Shown here piece by piece: positions 28,745 to 39,309 of a stretch of DNA of 64,000 bases. The notes below the pieces were generated by a model, which ran no database searches, was not told the DNA's origin, and saw only the letters and a program-made list of their open reading frames with translations. Origin of the DNA: an uncultured Chlamydiae bacterium. GTDB taxonomy: Bacteria; Chlamydiota; Chlamydiia; Chlamydiales; Parachlamydiaceae. The first letter of the stretch is position 1; each line of letters starts with the position of its first letter. The stretch is taken from positions 2,144,001 through 2,208,000 of the forward strand of contig CAVWGN010000001.1 in assembly GCA_963754655.1 (NCBI GenBank), read 5' to 3'. A program made the position numbers and the translations under genes.

Positions 28745-30646
28745 TTAAGTTATCTTACTGAAAGCAGCTAAGATAATTTCTCGATCTTGTTTAAGGCTTT
28801 CATCCACATAATGGTTAAGAGCATAGCCATTTTGCTTAACGGCAGCCAAAACAATCTCTCGATCTTTTTTAAAGCTTTCATCTGCATGTTCAAGAGCCAA
28901 GCCCTCTTGCTGAACAGCAGCCAAAACAATTTCTCGATCTTTTGTAAGACTTTCATCTGCACATCGAAGAGCTCTGCCATCTTGCTGAACAGCAGCCAAG
29001 ACAATTTCTCGATCTTTTTTAAGGCTTTTATCTGCATATTGAAGAACTCTGCCATCTTGCTGAACTGCAGCCAAGACAATTTCTCGATCTATTTGAAAGC
29101 TTGTATCAGCATATTGAAGAGCTCTGCCATTTGGCTGAACAGCAGCTAAGACAATCTCTCGATCTTTTTTAAGACTTTCATCTGCATATTGAAGAGCCTC
29201 GCCATTTTGTTGAACAGCAGCCAAGACAATCTCTCGATCTTTTTTAAGACTTTCATCCGCATATTGAAGAGCCTCGCCATTTTGTTGAACAGCAGCCAAG
29301 ACAATCTCTCGATCTTTTTTAAGACTTTCATCCGCATATTGAAGAGTCTCGCCATTTTGTTGAACAGCAGCCAAGACAATTTCTCGATCTTGTTTAAAAC
29401 CTTTATCTACAAAGGCAAGAGCTCTGCCATCTTGCTGAACGGCAACTAGGACAAACTCTCGATCTTTTTTAAGGCTTTCATCTGCATCTAGAAGAGCCTG
29501 AAGATCTTGCTGAACGGCAGCTAAGATAATCTCTCGATCTTTTTTAAGGCTTTCATCATCTACATATTGAAGAGCATAGCCGCTTTGCTGAACGGCAGCT
29601 AAGACAATCTCCCGATCTTTTTTAAGGCTTTCATCTACATATTCAAGAACATAGCCGCTTTGCTGAACGGCAGCTAAGACAATCTCCCGATTTTTTTTAA
29701 GGCTTTCATCTACATATTCAAGAGCCAAGCCATCTTGCTGAACGGCAGCTAAGACAATCTCCCGATCTTTTTTAAGGCTTTCATCTGCATATTCAAGAGC
29801 CAAGCCATCTTGCTGAACGGCAGCTAAGACAATCTCCCGATCTTTTTTAAGGCTTTCATCTACATATTCAAGAGCCAAGCCATCTTTCTGAACAACAGAC
29901 AAGACAATTTCTCGATCTTTTTTAAGGTCATCACGTATAGCAAAAACAGAACTTCCAAAACACTGACTAATGTGCATCAAAATTTCTTTATCATTAAAAT
30001 TGGGAATTTTTTTAAGGGTAGAGATAATAGAGCTTCCTGCCTGATCCCATTCCTCTATATATTCTCGACCACCATAATAAAGTTTAATAAATTCATTTTT
30101 GATAATGGTTAATCTTTGCTCATCATTACCTAATATAAGAGAGTTTAAAATAGACAATTGCTCTTCCGCTACCTGCCGAATGTTTTTATTGGCGCTACTT
30201 TTGCAAACGTCAGGATTCCATAGATAGCGATCCAAAAGAGAAAGAAATAAGCTCTTTGCGTAAAATAATTGTGAATCAACCATTAACAAATGCCTAAATC
30301 CTTCTTTTTGGCAAAATAGGAATCGATCTATCAGTTTAAATTCCTGAGGGGTAAAATGCTCCTTTTGCTTAGTTTTGATACACTCCTGAGGAAATTTGAT
30401 AGTGGATGGACGATGCACTGTAAGTTGAAAAAGAGTCCGTAGCAATGAGATACAAGGATTCTTCTCAAAAATGTGTTTCCATTTTTTACAGGTCAGTAAA
30501 ATAGAAGAAATGTCATGCATAGAGCAGCTTTGATTGACAACCTGATCAAAAATAATTCCTAACACATCATGAGGAAGTAATGTGTCTAAGAAAGCTTCAT
30601 TTGTAGTGTTTGGCATTGTAGGTGAATGAAGAAAGAGAGTTTTCAT
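28745..30646 (-). CDS. array copy 11, F-box-like/DUF4116-repeat protein
   Basis: 633 aa; N-terminal half almost identical to copy 1; ends SKIT. Confidence 0.9.
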   Translation of the reverse strand: MKTLFLHSPTMPNTTNEAFLDTLLPHDVLGIIFDQVVNQSCSMHDISSILLTCKKWKHIFEKNPCISLLRTLFQLTVHRPSTIKFPQECIKTKQKEHFTPQEFKLIDRFLFCQKEGFRHLLMVDSQLFYAKSLFLSLLDRYLWNPDVCKSSANKNIRQVAEEQLSILNSLILGNDEQRLTIIKNEFIKLYYGGREYIEEWDQAGSSIISTLKKIPNFNDKEILMHISQCFGSSVFAIRDDLKKDREIVLSVVQKDGLALEYVDESLKKDREIVLAAVQQDGLALEYADESLKKDREIVLAAVQQDGLALEYVDESLKKNREIVLAAVQQSGYVLEYVDESLKKDREIVLAAVQQSGYALQYVDDESLKKDREIILAAVQQDLQALLDADESLKKDREFVLVAVQQDGRALAFVDKGFKQDREIVLAAVQQNGETLQYADESLKKDREIVLAAVQQNGEALQYADESLKKDREIVLAAVQQNGEALQYADESLKKDREIVLAAVQPNGRALQYADTSFQIDREIVLAAVQQDGRVLQYADKSLKKDREIVLAAVQQDGRALRCADESLTKDREIVLAAVQQEGLALEHADESFKKDREIVLAAVKQNGYALNHYVDESLKQDREIILAAFSKIT

Positions 30647-30836
30647 AATTGTTCCTTAATATAACGGATTAGCTTTACTTGACTTTTTACAATTTTAAAA
30701 TCGAGATCAAAAGATTATGTTAAAAAGCATTTTTTATTAAAAAAATAATTAAATTTTTTAGCTTTTATAGATTTATAACATAAATTAATAAATTTAGTAC
30801 ACTATTAAATGTTTTTACAAAAGGCCAAGGGTGTGA

Positions 30837-32684
30837 TTAAATCTGCACATTGAAAACCAAGCCACGTTGCTGAATAGCTGCCAAGAAAATCTCTCGATCT
30901 TTTTTAAGGCTTTCATGTGCAAATTGAAGAAACCTACCATCTTGCTGAACTGCAGCCAAGACAATTTCTCGATCTCTTTTAAAGCTTTCATCTGCAAATT
31001 GAAGAGCCCGACCATTTTTCTGAATAGCAGTCAAGACAAACTCTCGATCACTTTGTAAGCTTTCATCTGCAAATTGAAGAAACCTACCATCTTGCTGAAC
31101 TGCAGCCAAGACAATTTCTCGATCTCTTTTAAAGCTTTTATCTGCAAATTGAAGAGCGCCGCCATTTTGCTGAACGACAGTCAAGACAAACTCTCGATCT
31201 TTTTTAAGGCTTGCATCTGCATATTCAAAAGCCGCACCATGTTGCTGAACGGCAATCAAGACAATCTCTCGATCTTTTAGAAAGCTTTTATCTGCATATT
31301 GAATAACCCTACCACATTGCTGAACAGCAGCCAAGACAATCTCTCGATCTTGTTTAAACCTTGCATGTGCATATTCAAGAGCCCTGGCATTTTGCTGAAT
31401 GGCAGTCAAGACAAATTCTCGATCTTTTGTAAGGCTTTTATCTGCAAAGTAAAGAGGACAGCCTGCACTTTGCTGAACGGCAGTCAAGACAAACTCTCGA
31501 TCTTTTTTAAGACTTTCAGCTGCAAATTGAAAATCATAGCCACGTTGTTGAACGGCAGCCAAGACAATCGTTCGATCTTTTTTAAGGCTTGCATCTGCAT
31601 AGAGAAGAGATCCGTTATTTCGCTGAACAGCAATCAAGACAATCTCTCGATCTTTTTTAAAGCTTTCATCCGCGTATTGAAAAGCATAGCCCGCGCTTTC
31701 CTCAATGGCAGCTAAGACAATTTTTCGATCTTTTTTAAAACTTTCATCTGCATATTGAAGAGCATTACCATTTTGCTGAATGGCAGCCAAAACAATCTCT
31801 CGATCTTTTTTAAGGCTTTCATCTGCATATTCAAGAGCCCAGCCACATTTCTGAACGGCAGCCAAAACAATCTCTCGATCTTTTTTAAGGCTTTCATCTG
31901 CAAACTTAAGAGCCATGCCCTCTTGCTGAATGGCAGCCAAGACAATCTCTCGATCTTTTTCAAGGCCGTCACGTATAGCAAAAACAGAACCTCCAAAACA
32001 CCGACCAATATGCATAAAAATTTCTTTATCATTAAAATTGGGAATTTTCTTAAGGGTGGAGATGATAAAGTCTCCTGCCTGATACCTCTTCTCAGTTACT
32101 CGAACGCCGCAGTAAAATTTTTTAATAAATTCATTTTTGATAATGATTAGTCTTTGCTCATCACTACTTGATACAAGAGAGTTTAAAATAGACAATTGCT
32201 CTTCCACCACCTGCTGGATATTTTTATTGGCGCTCAATTTGCAAACTATAGGATTCCATGGATAGCGATCCAAAAGAGAAAGAAATAAACTCTTCGGATG
32301 AAATAATTGTGAATCAATTATTAACAATTTTTCCAATTTTAGCTTTCGTTTAAGTAGAAATCGATCTATTAGTTTAAACTCCTGAGGGGTAAAATGATCC
32401 TTTTGCTTAGTTTTGATACATTCCTGGGGAAATGTGATAGGGAATGGATGATCCTCGTTAAGTTGAAAAAGAGTTCGTAGCAATGAGATACAAGGATTCT
32501 TCTCAAAAATGTATTTCCATTTTTTACAGGTCAGTAAAATAGAAGAAATGTCAAGCATAGCTTGGCTTTGATTGACAACCTGATCAAAAATAATTCCTAA
32601 CACATCATGAGGAAGTAAGGTATCTAATGAAGCTTCGTTTGTAGTGTTTGGCATTGTAGGTGAATGAAGAAAGAGAGTTTTCAT
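30837..32684 (-). CDS. array copy 12, F-box-like/DUF4116-repeat protein
   Basis: 615 aa; ends NVQI. Confidence 0.9.
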   Translation of the reverse strand: MKTLFLHSPTMPNTTNEASLDTLLPHDVLGIIFDQVVNQSQAMLDISSILLTCKKWKYIFEKNPCISLLRTLFQLNEDHPFPITFPQECIKTKQKDHFTPQEFKLIDRFLLKRKLKLEKLLIIDSQLFHPKSLFLSLLDRYPWNPIVCKLSANKNIQQVVEEQLSILNSLVSSSDEQRLIIIKNEFIKKFYCGVRVTEKRYQAGDFIISTLKKIPNFNDKEIFMHIGRCFGGSVFAIRDGLEKDREIVLAAIQQEGMALKFADESLKKDREIVLAAVQKCGWALEYADESLKKDREIVLAAIQQNGNALQYADESFKKDRKIVLAAIEESAGYAFQYADESFKKDREIVLIAVQRNNGSLLYADASLKKDRTIVLAAVQQRGYDFQFAAESLKKDREFVLTAVQQSAGCPLYFADKSLTKDREFVLTAIQQNARALEYAHARFKQDREIVLAAVQQCGRVIQYADKSFLKDREIVLIAVQQHGAAFEYADASLKKDREFVLTVVQQNGGALQFADKSFKRDREIVLAAVQQDGRFLQFADESLQSDREFVLTAIQKNGRALQFADESFKRDREIVLAAVQQDGRFLQFAHESLKKDREIFLAAIQQRGLVFNVQI

Positions 32685-32693
32685 AATTGTTCC

Positions 32694-34415
32694 TTAAGCA
32701 AGCTCTAGATCATTTTGAAAAATTTCATGTGCAAATTGAAGAGCTCTCCCATTTTGCTGAATGGCAGCTAAGACAATCTCCCAATCTTTTTTAAGGCTTT
32801 CATCTGCATATTCAAGAGCATAGCCGCTTTGCTGAACGGCAGCTAAGACAATCTCCCGATCTTTTTTAAGGCTTTCATCTGCATATTCAAGAGCCCAACC
32901 ATTTTTCTGAACAGCAGTCAAGAGAAACTCTCGATCATTTTGAAGGCTTTCATCTGCATATTCAAAAGCAATGGCATTTTCCTGAATAGCAGCTAAGACA
33001 ATCTCTCGATCTTTTTTAAAGCTTTCATTTAAAAACTCAAGAGCAGTGCCATCTTGCTGAACAGCAGTCAAGACAAACTCTCGATCATTTTGAAAGGTTT
33101 CATCTGCAAACTCAAGAGCACTGCCATCTTGCTGAACAGCAGTCAAGACAAACTCTCGATCTTTTTTAAAGCTTTCATCTGCATATCGAAGAGCCAAGCC
33201 ATGTTGCTGAACAGCAGCTAAGACAATCTCGCGATCTTTTTTAAAGCTTTCATCTGCATATTTAAGAGCCAAGCCATCTTGCTTAACAGCAGCCAAGACA
33301 ATCTCCCGATCTTTTTTAAAACTTTCATCTGCATATTCAAAAGCCCAACGACATTTCTGAACAGCAGCCAAGACAATCTTCCGATCTTTTTTAAAGCTTT
33401 TATCTGCATATTGAAGAGCCGAACCAGCTTGCTGAACAGCAGCCAAGACAATCTCTCGATCTTTTTTAAAATTTTCATCTGCATATTCAAGAGCCCTACC
33501 ATTTTGCTGAACGGCAGCCAAGACAATCTCTCGATCTTTTTTAATGCTTTCATCTGCGTTTATAAGAGCCCAGCCATTTTGCTGAACGGCAGCCAAGACA
33601 ATTTCTCGATCTTTTTTAAGGCTTTCATCTGCAAGCTTAAGAGCCATGCCATCTTGCTGAATGGCAACCAAGACAATCTCTCGATCTTTTTCAAGGCCGT
33701 CGCATATATCAAAAACAAAACGTCCAAAACATCGACTAATGTGCACCAAAATTTCTTTATCATTAAAATTGGGAATTTTTTTAAGGGTAGAGATAATAGA
33801 GTCTCCTGCCTGATACCTCTTCTCAGTTACTCGAACGCCACAGTAAAATTTTTTAATAAATTCATTTTTGATAATGGTTAATCTTTGCTCATCATTAACT
33901 GATACAAGAGAGTTTAAAATAGACAATTGCTCTTCCGCCACCTGCTGGATATTCTTATTGGCGCTCAATTTGCAAACTAGAGGGTTCCATGGATAGCGAT
34001 TCAAAAGAGAAAGAAATAAACTCTTCGGATGAAATAATTGTGAATCAACCATTAACAATTTTTCCAATCTTCGCTCTCGGTAAAGTAGGAATCGATCTAT
34101 CAGTTTAAATTCCTGAGAAGTAAAATGCTCCTTTTCCTTAGTTTGTATACATTCCTGGGGAAATGTGATAGGGAATGGATGATCCTTATTAAGTTGAAAA
34201 AGAGTTCGTAGCAAGGAGATACAAGGATTCTTCTCAAAAATGTATTTCCATTTTTTACAGGTCAGTAAAATAGAAGAAATGCCATGCATAGAGCAGCTTT
34301 GATTGACAACCTGATCAAAAATAATTCCTAACACATCCTGAGGAAGTAATGTGTCTAAGAAAGTTTCATTTGTAGTGTTTGGCATTGTAGGCGAATGAAG
34401 AAAGAGAGTTTTCAT
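32694..34415 (-). CDS. array copy 13, F-box-like/DUF4116-repeat protein
   Basis: 573 aa; stop codon overlaps the RBS of copy 12. Confidence 0.9.
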   Translation of the reverse strand: MKTLFLHSPTMPNTTNETFLDTLLPQDVLGIIFDQVVNQSCSMHGISSILLTCKKWKYIFEKNPCISLLRTLFQLNKDHPFPITFPQECIQTKEKEHFTSQEFKLIDRFLLYRERRLEKLLMVDSQLFHPKSLFLSLLNRYPWNPLVCKLSANKNIQQVAEEQLSILNSLVSVNDEQRLTIIKNEFIKKFYCGVRVTEKRYQAGDSIISTLKKIPNFNDKEILVHISRCFGRFVFDICDGLEKDREIVLVAIQQDGMALKLADESLKKDREIVLAAVQQNGWALINADESIKKDREIVLAAVQQNGRALEYADENFKKDREIVLAAVQQAGSALQYADKSFKKDRKIVLAAVQKCRWAFEYADESFKKDREIVLAAVKQDGLALKYADESFKKDREIVLAAVQQHGLALRYADESFKKDREFVLTAVQQDGSALEFADETFQNDREFVLTAVQQDGTALEFLNESFKKDREIVLAAIQENAIAFEYADESLQNDREFLLTAVQKNGWALEYADESLKKDREIVLAAVQQSGYALEYADESLKKDWEIVLAAIQQNGRALQFAHEIFQNDLELA

Positions 34416-34523
34416 AATTGTTCCTTAAGGCAAGTGATTAGTATGACTCGGCCTTTTACAAAGGTAAAAAGTCGAGATTAAAAGACAATATTAAAAAATT
34501 ATTTTTTTAATTTAATGTAATTA

Positions 34524-34960
34524 GCTGAAGTTTTGCAAAATTAATTAATTCAAGTTGAGACAAGTTTTAGAGCGTTCATTATATCTGAATTTTGGCATGG
34601 TTCAATTGAAGGTAACATGTTTATGCCGTCCTTTCAGGACTCGATGTCTTGTTGATAGAACCCAGGCCTCCGCTTCGCTGCGACCTGGGCTGTAACATGA
34701 CGGCCCTTCAGGCCTTAACAAAAAGACGATTTAGGGACTATAGCAGAGGGACTTAAACATCTCTTGTTAAGGCCTGAAGGGCCGTCATGTTATAGCCCAA
34801 GTCGCAGCGAAGCGGAGGCCTGGGTTCTATCAAAAAGACATCGAGTCCTGAAAGGACGGCATAAACATGTTACCTTCAATTGAACCATGCCAAAATTCAC
34901 ATATAATGAACGCTTTAAGACTTGTCTCAACTTGAATTAATTAATTTTGCAAAAGTTCAG
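34524..34960. mobile_element. non-coding palindromic MITE/BIME-like element, family A copy 2
   Basis: Same arms as 8998-9587, two REP-like units, flanked by TAATTA at 34518-34523 and 34961-34966; paralogous spacers have a single TAATTA. Confidence 0.88.
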
Positions 34961-35019
34961 TAATTAAATGTTTTAAGTTTTATAGATTTATAACACAACT
35001 CAATAAATTTAGTATAATA

Positions 35020-35235
35020 TTAAATCCTGTTTAGATAAGACCCTCAAGAATAGAAATGCTCAAATAACTAGTACTCCTCTAATTGCTTGAAGCAGGCTCC
35101 GTTTGACAGGTTGGTAAAATAGCGTAGCATTTTTTCAAATGTTTTTACCCATAAAAGCCACCTGAACTTTCCTTGGAAAGCCTTATGCCACGCTCCCTCC
35201 CTGGCTTGTATTTCTTGGAGAAAAAGCTTTAAAAA
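35020..35235 (-). pseudogene. remnant of the waaC-like 3' end
   Basis: Translated traces HKAFQG, KTFE, GACFKQLEE. Confidence 0.85.
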
Positions 35236-35242
35236 TTGAACG

Positions 35243-36840
35243 TCAAGCGCGATCTTGCTGAACAGCAGCCAAGACAATTTCTTGATCATTTTGAAAGCTT
35301 TCATCTGCAAACTCAAGAACCAAGCCATGTTGCCGAACAGCAGCCAAAACAATCTCTCGATCTTTTTTAAAGCTTTCATTTGCATATTTAAGAGCCAAGC
35401 CATCTTGCTGAACGGCAGCCAAAACAATTTCTCGATCACTTTGCAAGCTTTCATTTGCATATTTAAGAGCCAAGCCATCTTGCTGAACGGCAGCCAAACC
35501 AATTTCTCGATCACTTTGCAAGCTTTCATCTGCATATTCAAAAGCCATACCATCTTGCTGAACGGCAGCCAAGACAATCTCTCGATCTTTTTTAAAGCTT
35601 TCATTTGCATAGTCAAGAGCCAAGCCATCTTGCTCAACAGCAGCCAAGACAATCTCTTGATCTTTTTTAAAATTTTCATCTGCATATTGCAGAGTCGTAC
35701 CACATTGCTGAACGGCAGCCAAGACAACCTCTCGATCTTTTTTAAAGCTTTCAACTGCAAATTGAAGAGCCGAACCAGCTTGCTGAACGGCAACCAAGAC
35801 AATCTCTCGATTTTTTTTAAGACTGTCATCCGCATGGTAAAGAGCCTCTCCTCTTTGCTTAACGGCAGCCAAGACAATCTCTCGATCTTTTTTAAGGCTT
35901 TCATCTGCATAGAGAAGAGCATAGCCACTTTGCTGAACGGCAGCCAAGACAATTTCTTGATCTTTTTTAAGGTTTTCATTTACATATTTAAGAGCATAGC
36001 CACTTTGCTTAACGGCCGCCAAGACAATCTCTCGATCTTTTTTAAGGCTTTCATCTGCAAACTTAAGAGCCATGCCCTCTTGCTGAATGGCAGCCAAGAC
36101 AATCTCTCGATCTTTTTCAAGGCCGTCACGTATAGCAAAAACAGAACCTCCAAAACACCGACCAATATGCATAAAAATTTCTTTATCATTAAAATTGGGA
36201 ATTTTCTTAAGGGTGGAGATGATAAAGTCTCCTGCCTGATACCTCTTCTCAGTTACTCGAACGCCGCAGTAAAATTTTTTAATAAATTCATTTTTGATAA
36301 TGATTAGTCTTTGCTCATCACTACTTGATACAAGAGAGTTTAAAATAGACAATTGCTCTTCCACCACCTGCTGGATATTTTTATTGGCGCTCAATTTGCA
36401 AACTATAGGATTCCATGGATAGCGATCCAAAAGAGAAAGAAATAAACTCTTCGGATGAAATAATTGTGAATCAATTATTAACAATTTTTCCAATTTTAGC
36501 TTTCGTTTAAGTAGAAATCGATCTATTAGTTTAAACTCCTGAGGGGTAAAATGATCCTTTTGCTTAGTTTTGATACATTCCTGGGGAAATGTGATAGGGA
36601 ATGGATGATCCTCGTTAAGTTGAAAAAGAGTTCGTAGCAAGGAGATACAAGGATTCTTCTCAAAAATGTATTTCCATTTTTACAGGTCAGTAAAATAGAA
36701 GAAATGTCATGCATAGCTTGGCTTTGATTGACAACTTGATCAAAAATAATTCCTAACACATCATGAGGAAGTAATGTGTCTAAGAAAGCTTCATTGGTAG
36801 TGTTTGGCATTGTAGGTGAATGAAGAAAGAGACTTTTCAT
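35243..36840 (-). pseudogene. array copy 14, frameshifted in the F-box-like region
   Basis: A6 run of the TGT-AAA-AAA-TGG (CKKW) codons is A5 near 36677-36681; ORFs 36526-36840 and 35243-36640 are the two halves. Confidence 0.8.
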
Positions 36841-37193
36841 AATTGTTCCTTAAAGCTATTAATTAGTATTAATTGAGTTTTTACAAATTTAAAAAAATCG
36901 AGATTAAAATATTTTATCAAACAAAACGTTTTTAATTTAAAGACAAGTAAATTTTTAGCTTTTATAGATTTATAACATAAATTAAGAAATTTAGCACATT
37001 ATTAAATTTTGCTTAGATAAGGCCATCAAGAATAGAAGTGATCAAATAACTGGTGAAACGTCAAGCTCTTACTGAACAGTAGCCAAGGCAATCTCTCAAT
37101 CTTGTTTAAAGCGTTCATCTGCAAAGGCAAAAGCCCGCGCATTTTTCTGAACTTAACAATAGCCATGACAATCTCCTGATCTTTTTAAAACTT

Positions 37194-38783
37194 TCATCTA
37201 TAAAGCAAGAGCCCAACCACTTTTCGATCTTTTTTAAGGCTTTTACCTGCATATAGAAATTTGCCATCTTGCTGAACAGCAGCCAAAACAATCTCTCGAT
37301 CATTTTGAAATCTTTCATCTGCATATTTAAGAGCAAAGCCATTTTGCTGAATGGCAGTTAAAACAAATTCTCGATCTTTTTTAAGGCTTTTACCTGCATA
37401 TTTAAAATATTTGCCATTTTGCTGAACAGCAGCTAAAACAATCTCTCGATCATTTTGAAATCTTTCATCTGCATATTTAAGAGCATAGCCATTTTTCTGA
37501 ATGGCAGTTAAGATAAATTGTCGATCTTTTTTAAGGCTTTCACCTGCATATTTAAAATATTTGCCATTTTGCTGAACAGCAGCTAAAACAATCTCTCTAT
37601 CATTTTGAAATCTTTCATCTGCATATTGAAGAGCGCAGCCATTTTTCTGAATGGCAGTTAAGATAAATTCTCGATCTATTTTAAGGCTTTCATCCGCATC
37701 TTGAAGAATCTGGTCATCTTCATCAAAGGCAAGTAAGACAATCTCTCGATCTTTTTTAAGGCTTTCATCTGCGAATCGAAGAGCCCAGCTATTTTGCTGA
37801 ACGGCAGCCAATACAAACTCTCGATCTTTTTTAAGGCTTTCATCTGCATATTCAAGAGCACTGCCATTTTCCCGAACAGCAGCCAAGACAATCTCTCGAT
37901 CTTTTTTAAGGGTTTTATCTGCAAACTCAAGAGCCCTGCCATCTTGCTGAACGGCAACCAAGACAATCTCTCGATCTTTTTTAAGGTTTTCATTTGCAAA
38001 CTCAAGAGCCAAGCTATCTTGCTGAACAACAGTCAAGACAATGTCGCGATCTTTTTCAAGGCCGTCACGTATAAAAAAGACAGAACGTCCAAAACATCGA
38101 CCAATCTGCATAAAAATTTCTTTATCATTAAAATTGGGAAATTTTTTAAGGGTAAAAATGATAAAATCTCTTACCGAATACCATTTCTTTGTTTCCCGAC
38201 CACCACCACAATAAAGTTTTTTAATAAATTCATTTTTGATAATGGTTAGTCTTTGCTCATCATTAACTGATACAAGAGAGTTTAAAATAGACGACTGCTC
38301 TTCCGCTACCTGCCGAATGTTTTTATTGGCACTCCTTTTGCACACTTCAGGATCCCATATATAGCGATCCAAAAGAGAAAGAAATAAACTCTTCGGATGA
38401 AATAATTGTGAATCCACCATTAACAATTTTTCCAATCTTAACTCTCGGTAAATTAGGACTCGATCTATCAATTTAAATTCCTGAGAGGTAAAATGCTCCT
38501 TTTGCTTAGTTTTGATACACTCCTGGGGAAATGTGACAGAGAATGGATGATTCTCTTTAAATTGAAAAAGAATCCGTACCAATGAGATACAAGGATTCTT
38601 CTCAAAAATGTATTTCCATTTTTTACAGGTCAGTAAAACAGAAGAAATGTCAGGCATAAATTGGCTTTGATTGACAACCTGATCAAAAATAATTCCTAAA
38701 AGCTCGTTTGGAAGTAATGTATTTAAGAAAGCTTCATTTGTAGTGTTTGGGATTATAGGTGAATGAAGAAAGAGAGTTTTCAT
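37194..38783 (-). CDS. array copy 15, F-box-like/DUF4116-repeat protein with decayed 3' end
   Basis: 529 aa; degenerate frameshifted repeats continue to the ancestral stop near 37061. Confidence 0.85.
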   Translation of the reverse strand: MKTLFLHSPIIPNTTNEAFLNTLLPNELLGIIFDQVVNQSQFMPDISSVLLTCKKWKYIFEKNPCISLVRILFQFKENHPFSVTFPQECIKTKQKEHFTSQEFKLIDRVLIYRELRLEKLLMVDSQLFHPKSLFLSLLDRYIWDPEVCKRSANKNIRQVAEEQSSILNSLVSVNDEQRLTIIKNEFIKKLYCGGGRETKKWYSVRDFIIFTLKKFPNFNDKEIFMQIGRCFGRSVFFIRDGLEKDRDIVLTVVQQDSLALEFANENLKKDREIVLVAVQQDGRALEFADKTLKKDREIVLAAVRENGSALEYADESLKKDREFVLAAVQQNSWALRFADESLKKDREIVLLAFDEDDQILQDADESLKIDREFILTAIQKNGCALQYADERFQNDREIVLAAVQQNGKYFKYAGESLKKDRQFILTAIQKNGYALKYADERFQNDREIVLAAVQQNGKYFKYAGKSLKKDREFVLTAIQQNGFALKYADERFQNDREIVLAAVQQDGKFLYAGKSLKKDRKVVGLLLYR

Positions 38784-38967
38784 AATTTTTCCTTAATATA
38801 ATGGATTAGCTTTACTTGAATTTTTACAATTTTAAAAATCGAATCTAAAGATTATATTAAAAAACTTTTATTTAAAAATAATTAAATTTTTTAGTTTTTA
38901 TAGATTTATAACACACATTAAGAAATTTAGTACACTATTAAATGTTGTTTAAAGAAGGCCAGAAGAT

Positions 38968-39006
38968 TTAAATCTGCACATTGAAAGCCAAGCCATGTTG
39001 CTGAAT
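38968..39006 (-). pseudogene. array copy 16, only the last codons remain (IQQHGLAFNVQI-stop)
   Basis: Near-identical to the 3' end of copy 6 (19328-19366); abuts element B copy 2. Confidence 0.75.
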
Positions 39007-39280
39007 GGGTATGATTAAATCTGGAAGTTTATATTTTTAGCAGATCGATACGAAATGGTAGAGCGGGCGGTAGCCGCTTTCAGTGGGAAGCCCCGTATGA
39101 AGCGAGCGTGCGAGAGGAATGCGGAGTGGGCATCAATAAAATATAAACCGCGGAAGCGGTGTGAGTGATCTTACGCTGCTTCCGCAGCTCAATGCTATCT
39201 TGCCTACACCCCGCATTCCACTCGCACGCTCGCTTCATACGGGGCTTCCCACTGAAAGCGGCTACCGCCGCTCTACCATT
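39007..39280 (+). mobile_element. GC-rich palindromic element, family B copy 2
   Basis: Tail GGGTATGATTAAATCTG... followed by inverted arms AATGGTAGAGCG...CGCTCTACCATT (39054-39280). Confidence 0.8.
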
Positions 39281-39309
39281 GCCACTAACAAGAGAAATTA
39301 TTTAGAAGG

